Assembly: GCF_006345805.1 (NCBI RefSeq) | Contig: NW_021836178.1 | Span: 1-64,000, forward strand | DNA length: 64,000 nt | Source of the DNA: Octopus sinensis | Taxonomy: Eukaryota | Reading direction: 5' to 3' | Shown here: positions 24,419-37,884 of the stretch, one piece after another | Layout: every line of letters begins with the position of its first letter | How positions within the stretch are numbered: position 1 is the stretch's first letter | Translations under genes and position numbers: made by a program | The notes under the pieces: generated by a model | The model's input: only the letters and a program-made list of their open reading frames with translations | The model's database searches: none | Told to the model about the DNA's origin: nothing

Positions 24419-24712
24419 TCAGTCAATTCTCCTCCTTTTGAGAATTGAGCCTGAGCTAATGTCTTTGACGGGTACATTTATCCATTTTACAGGGCAGGCC
24501 ACTTTTTTGGTTGTTGTTCTCGAGTCCGATTCTATGGTCTCACTCGGGAATGCAATAATCGCATGCTTCATCATTGTAGACAGGAGTTTGTACTCCCGGC
24601 GCATGCTCTCCAGTGTTTTCTTGATTACGATTGTCTGGACATATGCACGCGTAGAGTCATGGAATTGTAGGGAGTTTTGGTAGTGCTTATAGAATTTGGA
24701 TGTTATTCATCC
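24419..24712 (-). mobile_element. R4/Dong-like 3' relic
   Basis: Nucleotide-similar to about 530-650 (GATTACGATTGTCTGGACATATGCACGCGTAGAGTCATGG). Encodes HDSTRAYVQTIVIKKTLESMR. Confidence 0.85.
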
Positions 24713-25619
24713 CATCCATATGGCCATGCGGCCGCCCTTTAGGTGAAATTTAAAAACTACTTTCTGTGGGTACTTTCTTAAATTTGGTTAGCACTGCTTT
24801 TTTATTTTAATAAAGAGATCTTTACACGATGATTAGTAATCAACAACTTGCTATCCAAATCAACTCTGAAGATCATTTTTATAACAGCATTAACATTCTG
24901 TTATTCAATCATGATGGCTAAATCCTATTCTGAGGAAACTCTTTGGAACTTTTTCCAAAGATTTAGTGTCCGTAGGGAACTCTTTATGGTAAAACCATTG
25001 ACGCTGCATATGCAATTTTGGATTTTTGAATATGCAACAAAGATTTGCAAAATCGGATCATTCGGATGATTGAAGCTTTTCAATGGATTCGAAATTTTCG
25101 ACATCAAATAATTCTTCTTGATTATAGAATTTGTTTAATTTATTTAAAACTTAAAAAGCCTCTTTAAAAGTTACACTTTTCTGACTCTCCTCTAGAGGTT
25201 CTTCACTATTAATTTCTTACTTCCTGCAAAATCATTAAATCCTCGCTTTGAAGCAAATATTTTGGGTTTCTCAGCAATATTTTCATTGTTCAAATGGTTC
25301 CTTTACCATTCATTGAATTAATCCAAGAAATCGTATCATTATCGATTTCACCAAACTTTAAATATTATTCACAATAAATATTAGATTTTAAGTTATTCAA
25401 CAAAATTCCTTTTATTTCTCAGATCATCAATAGATCTACGAGTAATTTTCTGGAAAAAATTTCCGAAATTTTTATAGAAGGTAATTCAACATTTGATTCA
25501 ATGAACTTTAAAATGACAATTTTTTTGTTTTTTATCGTGTAAAGCTACGTTTCATGAAAACAATGAAAACGTGTAAATAATTACCTGTAAAATTAATTAA
25601 AAAAATATTTAAAATTGAG

Positions 25620-25746
25620 ACATAGCGGATTCGTAACAAAAATCTGGCGGATTCGAGAATTTGGCAGATTCGAAAAATTTTCTTAGAGAAAATGGCCTAT
25701 TGGAGAATTTATTAGTTATAATTGGCAGATTCGAGAGACTGTAGTG
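25620..25746. repeat. DNA-transposon end with repeated GGC(A/G)GATTCGA units
   Basis: Four copies of a GC(A/G)GATTCG unit ending ...GAGACTGTAGTG. Partner end not identified. Confidence 0.5.
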
Positions 25747-26612
25747 ATTGTATTTAATAAATATTGCCTTCTTTTAATATTGAAAAATATAATCGATCAG
25801 AAATCCATTCTCAAAATCATGTGTGACATCAACTTACTTTAACCGAAGACAAAATCGATATTACCGTACTTGTAAAATTAGATTGCTGAATTTTTTTTGA
25901 AATGAATTTTTGATAAAAAACAAAGAAAAGAAGAGAAAAGCGTTAAGTGCCAGCGGCAAGGACGCAGTGTGCGTTGCCGTGAAAATGGCCAGACCGATGG
26001 GCTGGCGAATATGTTAAGGATTTTTATAAAGAATTTTTATTTTCAATTTTTAATAAAGTAATAAAAATATATTTTAATTAATATGTGCCGCAAGAAAAAA
26101 ACCCTGGTTTTAAGTACGCGAGCACGAAAAAGTAGGAAAGCTAGTCTAGACAGTTTAAAACATATTTAGCAATCTTATTTTAACACTACAGTATTAGAAT
26201 CGATTGACGGCGACAGAACATTTCATCAACCGACAAAAATTTGAAAATATACGCATATTCACTTCAAAAAAACACTAAGAACCCACAACGGATTGAAATC
26301 TCTATTGCTAGTGACAACCAATCTTCTTTGTGATTGCCCAAATCAAATATTCGGATGTTGCTGATCAACCAACATGATGGTTACTCATAATATTTCCTAG
26401 TTTACTTTTATCTTCAATAATGTCAATTATTGTATGAAGCAGTCACAATCAAAGCAGTTTTCATTGTTCTGCACTGTGAGAATATAACTATTATTTTCTA
26501 CAATAGTTGTCATTTATTAAATTTTTTACAAAAAATATATTTTAATTTATAGTTTAACTATTTATATTAAATAAAAATAAATTCAATTTAAATATAGTCT
26601 CGTGACACTCAC

Positions 26613-27480
26613 ATGTCGGCTAAATTACTACGATCAAATCCAGTACCAACTGATGGGATGAGATGGCTTAAACACTATATTACAGAGTAGCCTATGAACC
26701 ATTCAGGAAATGCTATGTCCGACCAATCAGGGGACAAATTCAGACTGGGGGAAACGCTTTTTTATTACAGCAATTGCCGACCATGGACAAGTGAATTTGT
26801 GAATAACAACAAAAATTTGACGTTTAAATTTAGTCATTAAACCTATTAAATGGAGTATCTTCAGAGGAGATATAGTCAGATATAGCAATACTAAGTTCAA
26901 TAGGTTGAAAATATTGGTAGGAAAAGACAAGGGAAAGCAGGGGACAGTGACTACGATATTTCAGAAAGAAATTGGTGTTTGTTCGTGGACTCCACCTGGT
27001 AAACTATTAAATAAATTTATTAATTAAATATATATAAATTAAAACCAATTTAATATAGAAATATGAAATAATTGGTTCTTCGGATAAATCCCCCGGATAT
27101 TGTCATGCCAGAGAAATGCCTCTTTCAGTAGTGGAGGACATACAGCTGGTGGATCCAATTGAAAAGTATTCCAACGATGGTAAATACCAGGAAAGGGACC
27201 GCGGTGACGTGGAGATACACGGAAGACGGAGACCTCATCCGAGTCTCCTCCACGACCGGAGCCCACATCCCAATCCCGGCATCAGCCTGGGACATATTGG
27301 ACCCCTCCTATGGCTATATTGTGCCGGAGGAGTACAAGGAGGGGGCTAAGGACTGTGATCCCCGGACGGTCACTTTTGTGAGCTACAAGCCAACACTGAA
27401 TTTGGTGGAGGATGATATTAAGGATTCTCTGGAGAGTGCCTAAGGATGAGACTGTTAGGAAAAAAACTTATTGGTATTAA
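26613..27480 (+). CDS. MRPL24: Mitochondrial ribosomal protein uL24m
   Basis: WSIFRGDI|VEILVGKDKGKQGTV (KOW motif), IQLVDP, WRYTEDGDLIRVSSTTGAHIPIP and C-terminal KKTYWY*. Mini-introns and several homopolymer indels. Confidence 0.9.
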
Positions 27481-27567
27481 AATTTGGAATTGATTAATTT
27501 AATTATAAATTTAATTTGTTTTTTAATAGATTTTATTGTTTTATTTTTGTTGTTGTGTGGTTAGATA

Positions 27568-28203
27568 ATGTCAGTGTTCGACAATTTAGCTCATCCGGAT
27601 AATCCAGTGTGTTTTTGATATAAAAATCGGCTCATATGTAATCTCCCACATTTAATATCGACAGGAAGCAGGTCGTATCAAATTCGAACTTTATGCCCAC
27701 AAAACACCAAAAACAGCCGAAAATTTTAGGTCTATATTATACAAATAAAAGACAATTTGTGTACAGGAGAGTTCAAAAAGGACGGGGTCCTGTCGCGTCT
27801 ACAAGGACTCGACCTTCCACAGGGTCATGAAGGACTTTATGGTCCAGGGAGGGGACTTATAAAGGGGGACGGAACGGGAGTCTTTTCTATTTATGGAGGG
27901 GAGTTTCAACGATGAAGACTTTGGGGGTGGTCACATTCGTCGGCGGGGGTGTTGTCGATGGTCTTGTTTTGGGGGAGGTTTGTAGGCCAACAGTGGAAAG
28001 GATTCGAATGGGTGTCAATTTTTTATTACTTGTGCTGATTGCACTTATTGGATAAGAAAACATGTCGTTTTGGTATTTTTGTTGTTTTATTTAAAGGGCG
28101 TATTCTTGAGGGTATTCTGGTTCTCAAAAAGTGGAGAATATGCCAGTTGGGCCTATAATAAGCCCAAGACTAATGTCGCATTTCACAGTGGGGACAGCTT
28201 TGA
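27568..28203 (+). CDS. PPIH: Cyclophilin H-type peptidyl-prolyl isomerase
   Basis: HPDNPV.FDIKIG, GRIKFELYAHKTPKTAENFR|QF.TGEFKKDG, FHRVMKDFMVQGGD, GDGTG, ANSGKDSNGCQFFITC and KHVVFG. Introns include 27730-27751 (22 nt). Indels in homopolymers. Confidence 0.85.
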
Positions 28204-28859
28204 TTTTTCCTATTTTAGTTATGATTATTTTTGTTTTTCACTTTCTTATTTCTAGTTATGATTATATTATACATGACAAATCTTATTTGCAATCATTCTT
28301 ATGATTCTGGGACATTGAGAGTTGTAAAGGAAGATCACACTGCTTAATCAACCGGGAAATATTCTTTTGAAAAAAGAAGAAAATGGAATAAAGATATACT
28401 CGTGTTTTAATGTTGATTAATCCATGTCTAGGTTGAAACACAGTATTTTTGTAATTTTTTTAAACAGAACTTTGAGAATTGAGAAAGTTTAGATGCTAGC
28501 TAGCGTAGATGGTTGAAAAGTAGTCAGGAGACTAAGGGTTGGCTTAACGATGCCGGACTGCATATTGAATGGCGGTTTCCGCGGAGCACCGAGATTCGCT
28601 GAAAAAGTTTTAATAAAACGTTCAGTCAAATTTTTATTATGATGGGTTTAATTAAGTTATTGAAATACATCGTTTATGATTCTTGCTATGTTATAGAAAT
28701 GCTCAGCAGGGGTCGGAGAATTTCCCACTTCACGAGCCGGATTATAAAAAAATTATTGGTCTGCGGGGCGGATAATTTTGTTTACTTATTTAAGGCTAAT
28801 ATTAATTAATTGAATAAAAAATTTTATTTTAACATCGATCCCCTGCTTTGAACAATACG

Positions 28860-31560
28860 TTAGATCTCCGTATTCGAATTCTATACCCAACAAAAACTGA
28901 TGAAACTGACGTGATAAAATTTAGAAAATTGCGCTAACATCGGATGCCACAAGGAGACCAATCAAAAATCTAGAATAGACTTAACATATGAAAATCACCA
29001 AATGATCTTTCTACCCTCCGACTGCAGACATTATAGACAAGGATTTGTGATTAACAAAAGACTTTAGTCAGGGTTGTTAAAAATCATGATTTTTTCAAAA
29101 AAATCAAAAAAATCTGATTTTTTTGATTTAATCACGATTTTTTTGATTTAATCAGATTTTTTTGAATTAAATGATCTTTATTTCAAAACGACCCTTTCCA
29201 CTGGCTTATCAGAGAACCTCTCTCTTTGTACATAAACACTGAAAAACGGCCACGCAGAACGATCTATCGTAGTTCCTTATGTCCACCGGGATCACTTAAC
29301 TAGTTTGCATTACGCTTCTTTCTTGTGGTTTCGGGTTATAAATAAAAAAATATTTCAAAGCGAACTAAAATAAAAAACAAAAACAATGGAAATCGTTTTT
29401 ATTTATTTAAAGCTTGTAAATGGAAACAAGTTTGGCTGCTTTTTCGATCCCCAGCCTATTGCGTACATTTGAATGTAGAAATCCGAATGTTGAAAAGATT
29501 CTTTCTATTCCACCTGTCGAAGCAACTGCTCCAGAATTTTTTGCATAGTGAAATTACTTGTGAAGGTAACTGGTATGAATTCGACTCCCACCAAGCTATA
29601 GGTGATACTTTACTCAATAAATCGGAGCAAACATGTATTGTTTAAATGGATCAGCTTTTGCTCTGAAATTAATCAGAGTCGGAAGTGCATATTCATAATT
29701 TTGAGCACAATAACTCAATGCAATGTCAATCTCAACATTTGAAAGAGATTTCCCACTACATGTCGGGTCGATCAAATTCGCAAGTAAGTGGAAAGGTGTT
29801 AATGCTTGTTTTGCTCGAATTCTCACTTTTCCTAAAATATTCGTACATCCATTGTCAATATATGTCTGTTCAAGTTCTTTCCAAATTTCTACAGCATGAC
29901 TAATCGTGGTAGAATCATTCTGAATTTATCTAAAGCGACAGCAATTGTTTAATAAGCATCAGATATTTTCAACGCGTCGTTTAGGGAAATATTTTGGACC
30001 TGGAAAAAATCTCTGTATCAATATCCGTTCTGTGTTCCTCACAAGTTCTCAAAATAATAGACCAATTATCCAGATTAAGATTGAAAACAGTCTGATAAGT
30101 GTTCCACCGTACATCAATCGGAAGAACGAGTTTTTTTCCTCCATTAGATTTGTACAATGCAGCTGGAAGATGGACGTTTCGGAAATATTTATTGATTGTT
30201 ACAATAGTTCCTTTAACGTCCGCTACCTCGACATCCTCACAAGAAGGTTGAGATAATGTGCGAGCAACCATAAGTAATTATTTCATTGCCATCTTCCATC
30301 ATTATCCGTCTCATTTTAGTCATGTTGGCAGCATTATCCGTTACAAGACTGCCGATTTTACATCCAAACCGTTGTTCAGCCAATTGTGCGGAGGCTAAAG
30401 CAACAGATTGAAGATATTCCGCAGTGTGGCTATATCCAGAAGTGTCCACAGTGTCAATGAGATAATTTTCCCCATCTGATGTCACAACCGAGACACAAAT
30501 AACGGGTTCATTATGAATGTTGCTCCACCCGTCCAACATCATAGACACTGTTTTGTCCTGGAGTCTTTGTCGACAGTCTTCATGTATTTGGTCGTACACA
30601 TGATCAAGTAATGTACCACCAATTTGATAACGAGAGGGTAAACGATACCCAGGAAGAAGCATTTGGACGATTTGACAAATTCGGGATGTTCTACAGCAGC
30701 AAACGGAGTGTTTGTAGAAAATATGTATCTAGCGAGTTGCAGATCCATCAAATCTTTCTTAGATGAAGTCGTCGTAGTTACGAAATTGATTAATGAATGG
30801 TCCTTCATCCTTGGAGGAAATTCGCTTTCAGGTCTCGGCATATTTTCAGGGATTATCAATATTACTTCGACATAATAAATGATGCTGCCTCATCCGAGAT
30901 ACAAGACCTTGTATGTCCTTCCCACAATTACGACATCTGGCACGGCTTCCGGTCTTTCCAGGAATAATACGTTTATCAAAATAAGCCCACAAAGAATCAC
31001 GCTTTCTTCCAGACATTTAAAAAAATTTAAATGATTTTTTTGATTTTTTTAATGATTTAAATCATTGATTTTTATTGTTGATTAAAATCAAATGATTTAA
31101 ATCTAACAACCCTGACTTTAGTGTTGACTCAATGGCGGAGAGTAATAAAATGAATTTTAGTACTAAAAGTGCAAATTAGCAATAAAAAAGATTAAATGGG
31201 GTTCTATCAGTTATCAACGTATTTGCAGAATGGCAGAATTTTCAATGCTCCTTATGATAAAACGAATTCTACAAAGTGCTGACTCCACATTTACCTGTCC
31301 TCATCTACACTCCTTCTCATCACCGGAGATTGGAACGCAGAAACTAGTATTCTTCGTGGTACAGAAACTTTATAGGGCAACGTAAAAAAGGATATAGAAA
31401 CCTGCCGGAAAACATTGGGGAATTTCTGTAAAGCCCTCGGGCTAGTCTTATGCAACAACTACCTGAACGGGGAGAAAACGTAATAAAAACGAGAAATACC
31501 AACAAAAAATTGAGTAAATTATCTGCCCCACAAAAGATATACGTCTTCTAAAAGACCTTC
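28860..31560 (+). mobile_element. RTE-like APE endonuclease relic split by the hAT insertion (segments about 28860-29068 and 31123-31560)
   Basis: HYRQGFVINK lies before the hAT TSD; LSVINVFA and LLITGDWNAE (APE GDxNA motif) lie after it. Confidence 0.6.
29069..31114 (-). mobile_element. Full-length hAT transposon (BED zinc finger, DUF659, dimerisation domain)
   Basis: TIRs CAGGGTTGTTA and TAACAACCCTG. TSD ACTTTAGT (29061-29068, 31115-31122). Transposase from ATG 31016: MSGRKRDSLWAYF..CRNC..RMRQH; MLDGWSN; VTDNAANM; YGCSH; IDVRWN; GIERIFSTFG..RNRLG. Several frameshifts. Confidence 0.93.
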
Positions 31561-33057
31561 GTTTATATGAAAGGTCACTCTTTGACAGCGATCCCAAAAT
31601 TTGCCATTTTTGTGTCTATTATATTTCAAACAGCAAAATTTGTCTGTTTAATTTCGGAATATCCATTTTAAGTATAGAGCCAAAAGAAAGAAAACATAAA
31701 AATTTGCAAACGAAACAATACCAAAGGAAAGATTACAACCTATTTAAAACGTGGTAATATATTGTTTTTAATTCGATAAATTAAGAACATCTAAAAATAA
31801 AATAATTAAAATTTAATATCATTGGTCTATTTGTATTCAGCTAGTATCTTAGTTCCAGTCGATTTACAGTAATTAAAACTTGAATCTCTGAATATTGCTA
31901 ACTTTTAGGCTCTGCTGGTCTCCGTGCGTCTCGCTCGCATTCCTTGAGAATTTTCAACGAATCCAGAATCCTGAACTCAGAAAAATAACCAGATGTTTAA
32001 AATCTTTTTTATTGACTATTTCCATTTGGAAACAATAATCCTGCTTATTGTTAATCATCTTGAATTTTCCAAGCTCCAATTTTTGATGACTTTTCGGCTG
32101 ATTACTAACAAAAGGAAAACACGTGCTACTTGTGCTGATCTGGAAAAAATTGTATTGAAAATTATATTTGGAAGCTGAGGACAAAAATCAGCATTAATAC
32201 ATGACTTTGCTTCCACAAGTGTCATTAGGAGACAATCACCAAACAAAATATTCAAAAATCCCTCCGAAAATCGATAAATCAAAATTATTATTGCCAAAAA
32301 AGAAATTCTCAGAACAATTTGCCACGGGCATCATTTTCGCTTTGGACACGATTTCACAAAAAAACATCAGAAAGAAAACCCTGCCACGTGTGTTACTCCA
32401 ATCCGATCTCCCTCCACCATTTGTCTTCTGTCCTAGACCACCCGCAATGTAATTTTCACGAGATTTCTGAAAACGACCGGCTTTCCCAATGTCAAGGAGT
32501 TTGAGGCTACTAACTAATTAACTTCGAGAAATATGTTCATTTTTCTTACTTTTTATTTTTGTGACTCATCGAATGTAAAACAAAAAAATAGTGTGATTAT
32601 TATTTATCAAGACGTGACCACTTTCTACATAACCAATACAGTACTGATGCTATCGTAGACTATTGAGAATTACAGTTCTCTGACAGTTCCAATAATTTTG
32701 TTGGTCGGTTTTGTTTACTTATTTAAGGCAAATATTAATTAATATTTAAGTCTGTGAATAGGTTGTAATAGTGCTCACTAAAATTTATGCCAGAGAATAG
32801 TTGACTAATTTGAGTTTTGCATAGAGTTAGCTCTGTTTCTATTTTCCTTAAACTGTAATTAGTCACTCTGTAGTCAATGCTGTAGTTATGAGTATTTAAA
32901 ATACTAATAGATAACTTTAAATACTATGACTATCCACATAGCGTTATCATTTTCAAGAAAATTTTGGTCATTATTCAGTTAATGTATACGTTTAATATTT
33001 TATTTCATTTAGGTTATCATAAACTAAGAGTTGCTCCATTTCCAATACCCACAAATA

Positions 33058-33739
33058 CAGGGTGTCCTAAAAAATGAATACATGTGAAAAATAACGGTAA
33101 ATGTAGTCTTTAATTAAAATTTTACTTTTTTTAAAAGTATAAATTTATTTAAAATGTTACAATATTTATGTGAAATATCGTTTTTTTGTACTTTAATGCA
33201 TTTTGGAAACTTTATTTCGAATAATTGTAAATAACTCATAAATTCACGATTTCTTTCACAACCACACCCCCTCAAGACAGGAATGATGAGCAGACTTTAC
33301 TTCGAAGAAAGAAAATTCATTCTAAAATATTACTGGAAATGTGAAAACGCAGTTGAAGTGCAAAAACAACTTAGAAAAGAATTTCAAAAAAATCTGCAAC
33401 ACGAGTGACTATCTTTCGAATTAAAGATAAGTTTGAAGCCTATGGAACTGTTCAGAACGTACATAAAAAGCGTTTCAGAAAATCAAGAACATCAATTTCT
33501 TCTCAGCAAGAAAGAGAAACCATATACCCAGATACCAAGTGAATAATTTCATAAGTGTAATTCTATTGCTTGAAGTTGTTAGCGGTGCTTGGATCAAGGT
33601 GGGCGCCACTTTTGAGATAAATGGTAAAAACCGGAAAATGATACTATTAAATATATTTATATTTTTGAAACAGTAAAATTTAATTAAAGGCTATCTTTAC
33701 AGTTATTTTTTTATGTATATACAGTTTTTTGGACATCTG
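33058..33739 (+). mobile_element. Internally deleted Tc1/mariner (rosa/DD41D-like) element
   Basis: TA-flanked imperfect TIRs CAGGGTGTCC...TTTAATTAAAATTTTAC and GTAAAATTTTAATTAAAG...GGACATCTG. DUF4817-like N-terminus EERKFILKYYWKCENAVEVQKQ...DKFEAYGTVQNVHK joined to C-terminal CLDQGGRHFE. Confidence 0.85.
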
Positions 33740-33869
33740 TACATAAAATGGGATTTTTTGTCGAAGAATGATAGTATTGTTGTAATCATAAACGATGTTC
33801 TTTGTGCATTTAAAATCTTGACGTTTGTCGATGTGGATCATCTTCTCGTGGTGGCAAGTTTTTCGTAGG

Positions 33870-35700
33870 ATTAACTAACAAAAAACCCACTCCGTCGCTG
33901 GCTACAGCTTTCAGCCAAAAACCGTCTGCCCGATTTCCTGGGTTGCTCATACATCTGCCAAGACAGAGCGGACTCTATAAATGACGGCGGCCTTTAACCT
34001 TGATCAGAAAATCAATTCATTTTACTAACTGTACACCACAAGCCTACTCGCTAATCGACAATGACTCAGTGATTGAGCTGACAGTTATAAGGATTTCTAC
34101 AGGGACTTCAACCAGAAAACTGATTAATATGTACAGTTCTCATGTCAAGAAAAGGCGAAGCAGTTTTCTCTCACGACATCTCACTGTGTACTCCGATTCT
34201 GGCCTCTGTTTTTTCTTGGAAGGTCGTTGATGACCTAATCACTGACCACAACCCAATCTTAACTGAGAATGCTTTTACACTAACTAAAAAAAAGATTCTT
34301 TGGACATCAACAACTTTCGCAGTGAATTACTTAAATGCTTGCATTATTTACAATTCCAAAATAATCCACCCTTCAAGGAAGAATTGAACAGTTCCGACCT
34401 ATTTAAACTTCCTTATAAGACTCGCGACAAACTGAAACAGATAACAGGGCACTCTTCCGAGTCCTCTATCGAACTGAATAACTTAAACAAGGAATCATTG
34501 CTGCCATAAATGTGCACGTGAATTCCAAGTGGACTGAATTTATCGCCTCAATCGACTAAAAATCAAACAGCTTCCAAATCTGGAAGACCCCTAAGGACAT
34601 GAATGGTCTGATGTATGAAAATCTAAAATTCCACAAATCTATAATTCTCATTCAAACACCCCACTCAATCCACTTCAGGAGACAAATACGCTAATGAAAT
34701 ATACGCTTCATTAAGTCACAAGACATCTAACAAAAATGATCAGAAGGTTTCCAAATGTCCGAGAAGTCTCTCAATGTATTAAAAACTCGAAAAAAATCTC
34801 CCACTACGGGTCCTGACAACATTTTAATTCACCATCTTAAGAAATTTGGCTCCAACAATTTCATAGTCTCTATTTACAACGATTCCGCTGCAAAAAACAA
34901 ATTCCGTCTGCCTGGAAGAAATCACGTATCATTATATTGATCAATTCAAACAAACCGACTGGCATTCAAAGCTCAATCCGCTTAATCCCTCTTTTTTTCA
35001 CAGCAACTAAAATACTCCAAAGACTAATCCTTTTACAAGTATCCAATCACTTACTAAGCTCCCACACCCAACATGATTTCAACCAGTGCACTCAACAACT
35101 ACTCACTTACAACACTTTCCCAATTCGTTCTAGACGGGTTCAACGAGAAGAGACCGCCAAAACGAACAGTCCTAGCTTCTATCGACATATCTAAGTTTTT
35201 TGACAGCGTTTCTCGATGCGGTCTTATCTTTTGACAGGAAACAATCCCAAGCTATCTCTCTTTGATTCTGACCTACCGCTATGCAAGCACCCCACTGTTT
35301 TCGGACTTACTTTTGACGCAACCATGTCCTTCAACAAACATGTCTCGAACATCTTTGATGAGGCAAATATGCGTATAAATATTCTAAAAGCAATAAATGA
35401 TTACATCAAGAGTGCCCAGAACCATTCCTCAAACGAGTCTACAAACAATTCATCAGCCCTGTTTTAAGCTATGCAAATCAGAGGTGGGTTCCATGTTTAT
35501 CTACAACCTTCGCCTTGAAATTCCAATCAGCCAAAAACAAAACAATGCACATTATATCCGGGTGTATGAAATTAACGCCCATCAATGTCTGAAATACAAG
35601 CAAGCAAATAAAAGCAAAGTATACGGATGAACTATCTTTGAATGCAAGAGGCTTCAAACCGACCTGGAAACAGCAAGCACTATACAGTATAACCCCCATT
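33870..35700 (+). mobile_element. Decayed APE-type LINE (endonuclease and RT relics)
   Basis: ITDHNPI (APE), TGPDNI, IRLIPL, LASIDISKFFDSVS and FGLTFDATMSFNKHV. Confidence 0.75.
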
Positions 35701-36079
35701 TGGGGCAGGCCTCTAGCTTGAGGAACCTCTATTTTTGGGGTAGATTGAAAAAGATGTAATTTTTAAATTTAGAAATTACCGGAACCTTTAAGTAAGGCAC
35801 AGGATTTTTAATTTATATACATACACTCAACCATTTTTGTTTCCTTCAATTTTGTTGGCCAATTTAAGAGGGTTGAATGTATTTGCTATTAAAATTAATT
35901 ATATAAAATTTTATTTGAAATTTTGGAAAATACCATCGTTTAATTAAATGACGCTAAACCCTTTTTATAATAAACTCTAGTTGCCAGCTATGGACGCGAT
36001 AAAATATTAAAAAATAATTATCCGGATAACCATAAATCTGTAATTTTAGGAAGAAGAAAAAAATTAAGTTAGGAATGTA

Positions 36080-36350
36080 CAGAGGGGAAATTCTGGGTGG
36101 CTAAAACTCGCACCCTCCTGCGGAAAGTACCGCATGTGTGTTGCCACGGAGAATGGCGATGGATATCCGCTGCAATAGCCACGAAACCTCGCGTGGCTCT
36201 TTCGTCCTGTGGGCCAATTTCCTTCCGATGTCGCTGATGAAGGCCGAGGTTAGAGGCCCTGCGACGCCCGATGTCTCCAAAGCGATTGGTGCGAATATAA
36301 AACGGCGTCCAAGTTCTTGGTATTTTTTAATTTTGGCCGTCTCAGCCTTG
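36080..36350 (-). mobile_element. CRE-clade 3' fragment
   Basis: KAETAKIKKYQELGRRFIFAPIALETSGVAGP...WLLQRISIAILRGN. Confidence 0.85.
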
Positions 36351-36569
36351 TGGAAATCACGAATTAGTAGCTCAAACGAATCGACTCGATTGCTTTTTTG
36401 TCCAAAGAACAGAAATTGGAGTTTATTAGGTTTGAAAACTTCATGACTTGTATTTAAATTTGTCGGTCGCTGCCCTTAACTACCGGTGCTACGGCACTTG
36501 GGAAAAATGGTTTTTGTATGGCTGAAAATAAGAACATCAATCAATCCAAACAGCAACTCTCGAGCAATA

Positions 36570-37110
36570 CGAGATATGAGACCCGGGCTCTGCTTCAGTC
36601 GAATAGCTCTTTTCAGCACAACTGTGGGGGTAGAAGAGAACTACTACTTTCCTGGCACTGTCCCAAGCAATACATATCGATGACCACGTGACTGGAATCG
36701 CACGTGGGAGAGGCGACGAAGGCTCTCCAATATTTCACAACATAATACTTTCGAGAATACGAATAATCCCAAAGACTTTCTGAGAAGGTTGAAGGCAGAA
36801 TAAAAATATGGTCGACTGGTGGACTGGGAGTGAGAGGACAGGTCTACTCGTAGGATTTGAGATGACAAAGAAGCAGACAGGCTGCGTTGATGGACCACAA
36901 ACAGACGTTGATACTCATTTGGACAATTCACTGTCAGTCATTTCTCTGCTTATAAGTGCACGTGCTAACATGGAAGACTCGCCGACCAATGACTGACTCC
37001 ACTTGAAGGGAATAGAACTTATCAGTTTGCTGTTGGAGACTGACGATGGGCGGTCGGGTTTAGAAGCAATAATAATGTCAGCTGCGTAAGATAATGACAT
37101 TGGTAGGAGA
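36570..37110 (-). mobile_element. APE-type LINE RT relic
   Basis: LSYAADIIIAS (degenerate YADD) and downstream thumb-region relics. Confidence 0.5.
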
Positions 37111-37884
37111 ATCTACTTGAAAATATAAATAAAATTTATATTTATTAAAATTATTACCCTATGGTTAACCTATTTTTAACGGTAAGCCTAATAAATTATA
37201 ACACGCTGATACACGTGGTTGGCTTAGTTGGTTAGTAGTTTATGTGTTGTTACTACATTCTTATTTAATTTGATTTGTAAGGAATAAATCATTATGAACT
37301 TTCATTTCCTGATTTCAGAATTTGAAATTTTATCATTTGTATCATTTATTTTGATTTTATTCCTTCAAACTCAATCTCTTATTATTTTGACATTTTTATA
37401 TTGTTTTTTGTATACCTTTGTGAATTTGTTTACTCCATCTTTATTTCGATTTATCTATCAACAAGAAATCTATTAAAAATCACGAAGAATCGAAAAAGGA
37501 TCAAATAAAACAAAAATTTATCAGTGGCACTCTCTGTTTTGCTGCGTGTCTACTCTCTGGCTATATCGCAGTACACCAAAATTATAAAAAGTGGATTTTT
37601 ACAAGTTAATGCATTTTTTCTGGCATCGAGAACTATCTTTTTGATGTTTGGAAAATTTGACATTTGTTTCAAAATTGATGTCACAGTTCTGACGTGAGCC
37701 ACTTTTCAAAAATTTATAACAATAATTAATTAACTAAATGTCATTTTTTCGGTGAAAGTTCATATTTTTCATCCAGAAAAAACAAACATAACGCATTTTT
37801 CACCTGACTTGCGTTTATCGTTTAACTTGAATTTTAACACTAGTTTTATTTTAAACGATTATGGGTTTTAATTAGACAATGCAG

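Noticed and set aside
25620-25746. Short spaced repeats read as a CRISPR-like array
   Set aside because: Eukaryotic context, units of about 10 bp and irregular spacing; these are subterminal repeats of a DNA transposon.
25738-26192. CACTACAGT / ACTGTAGTG read as CACTA element ends
   Set aside because: The two motifs face away from each other and no TSD or transposase was found.
31900-32510. Cys/His-rich coding-like stretch
   Set aside because: Overlapping short ORFs on both strands with no assignable family or splice pattern.
37160-37260. Possible spliced-leader RNA (GGTTAACC...GGTAAG)
   Set aside because: No convincing Sm site or stem-loops, and no tandem copies.
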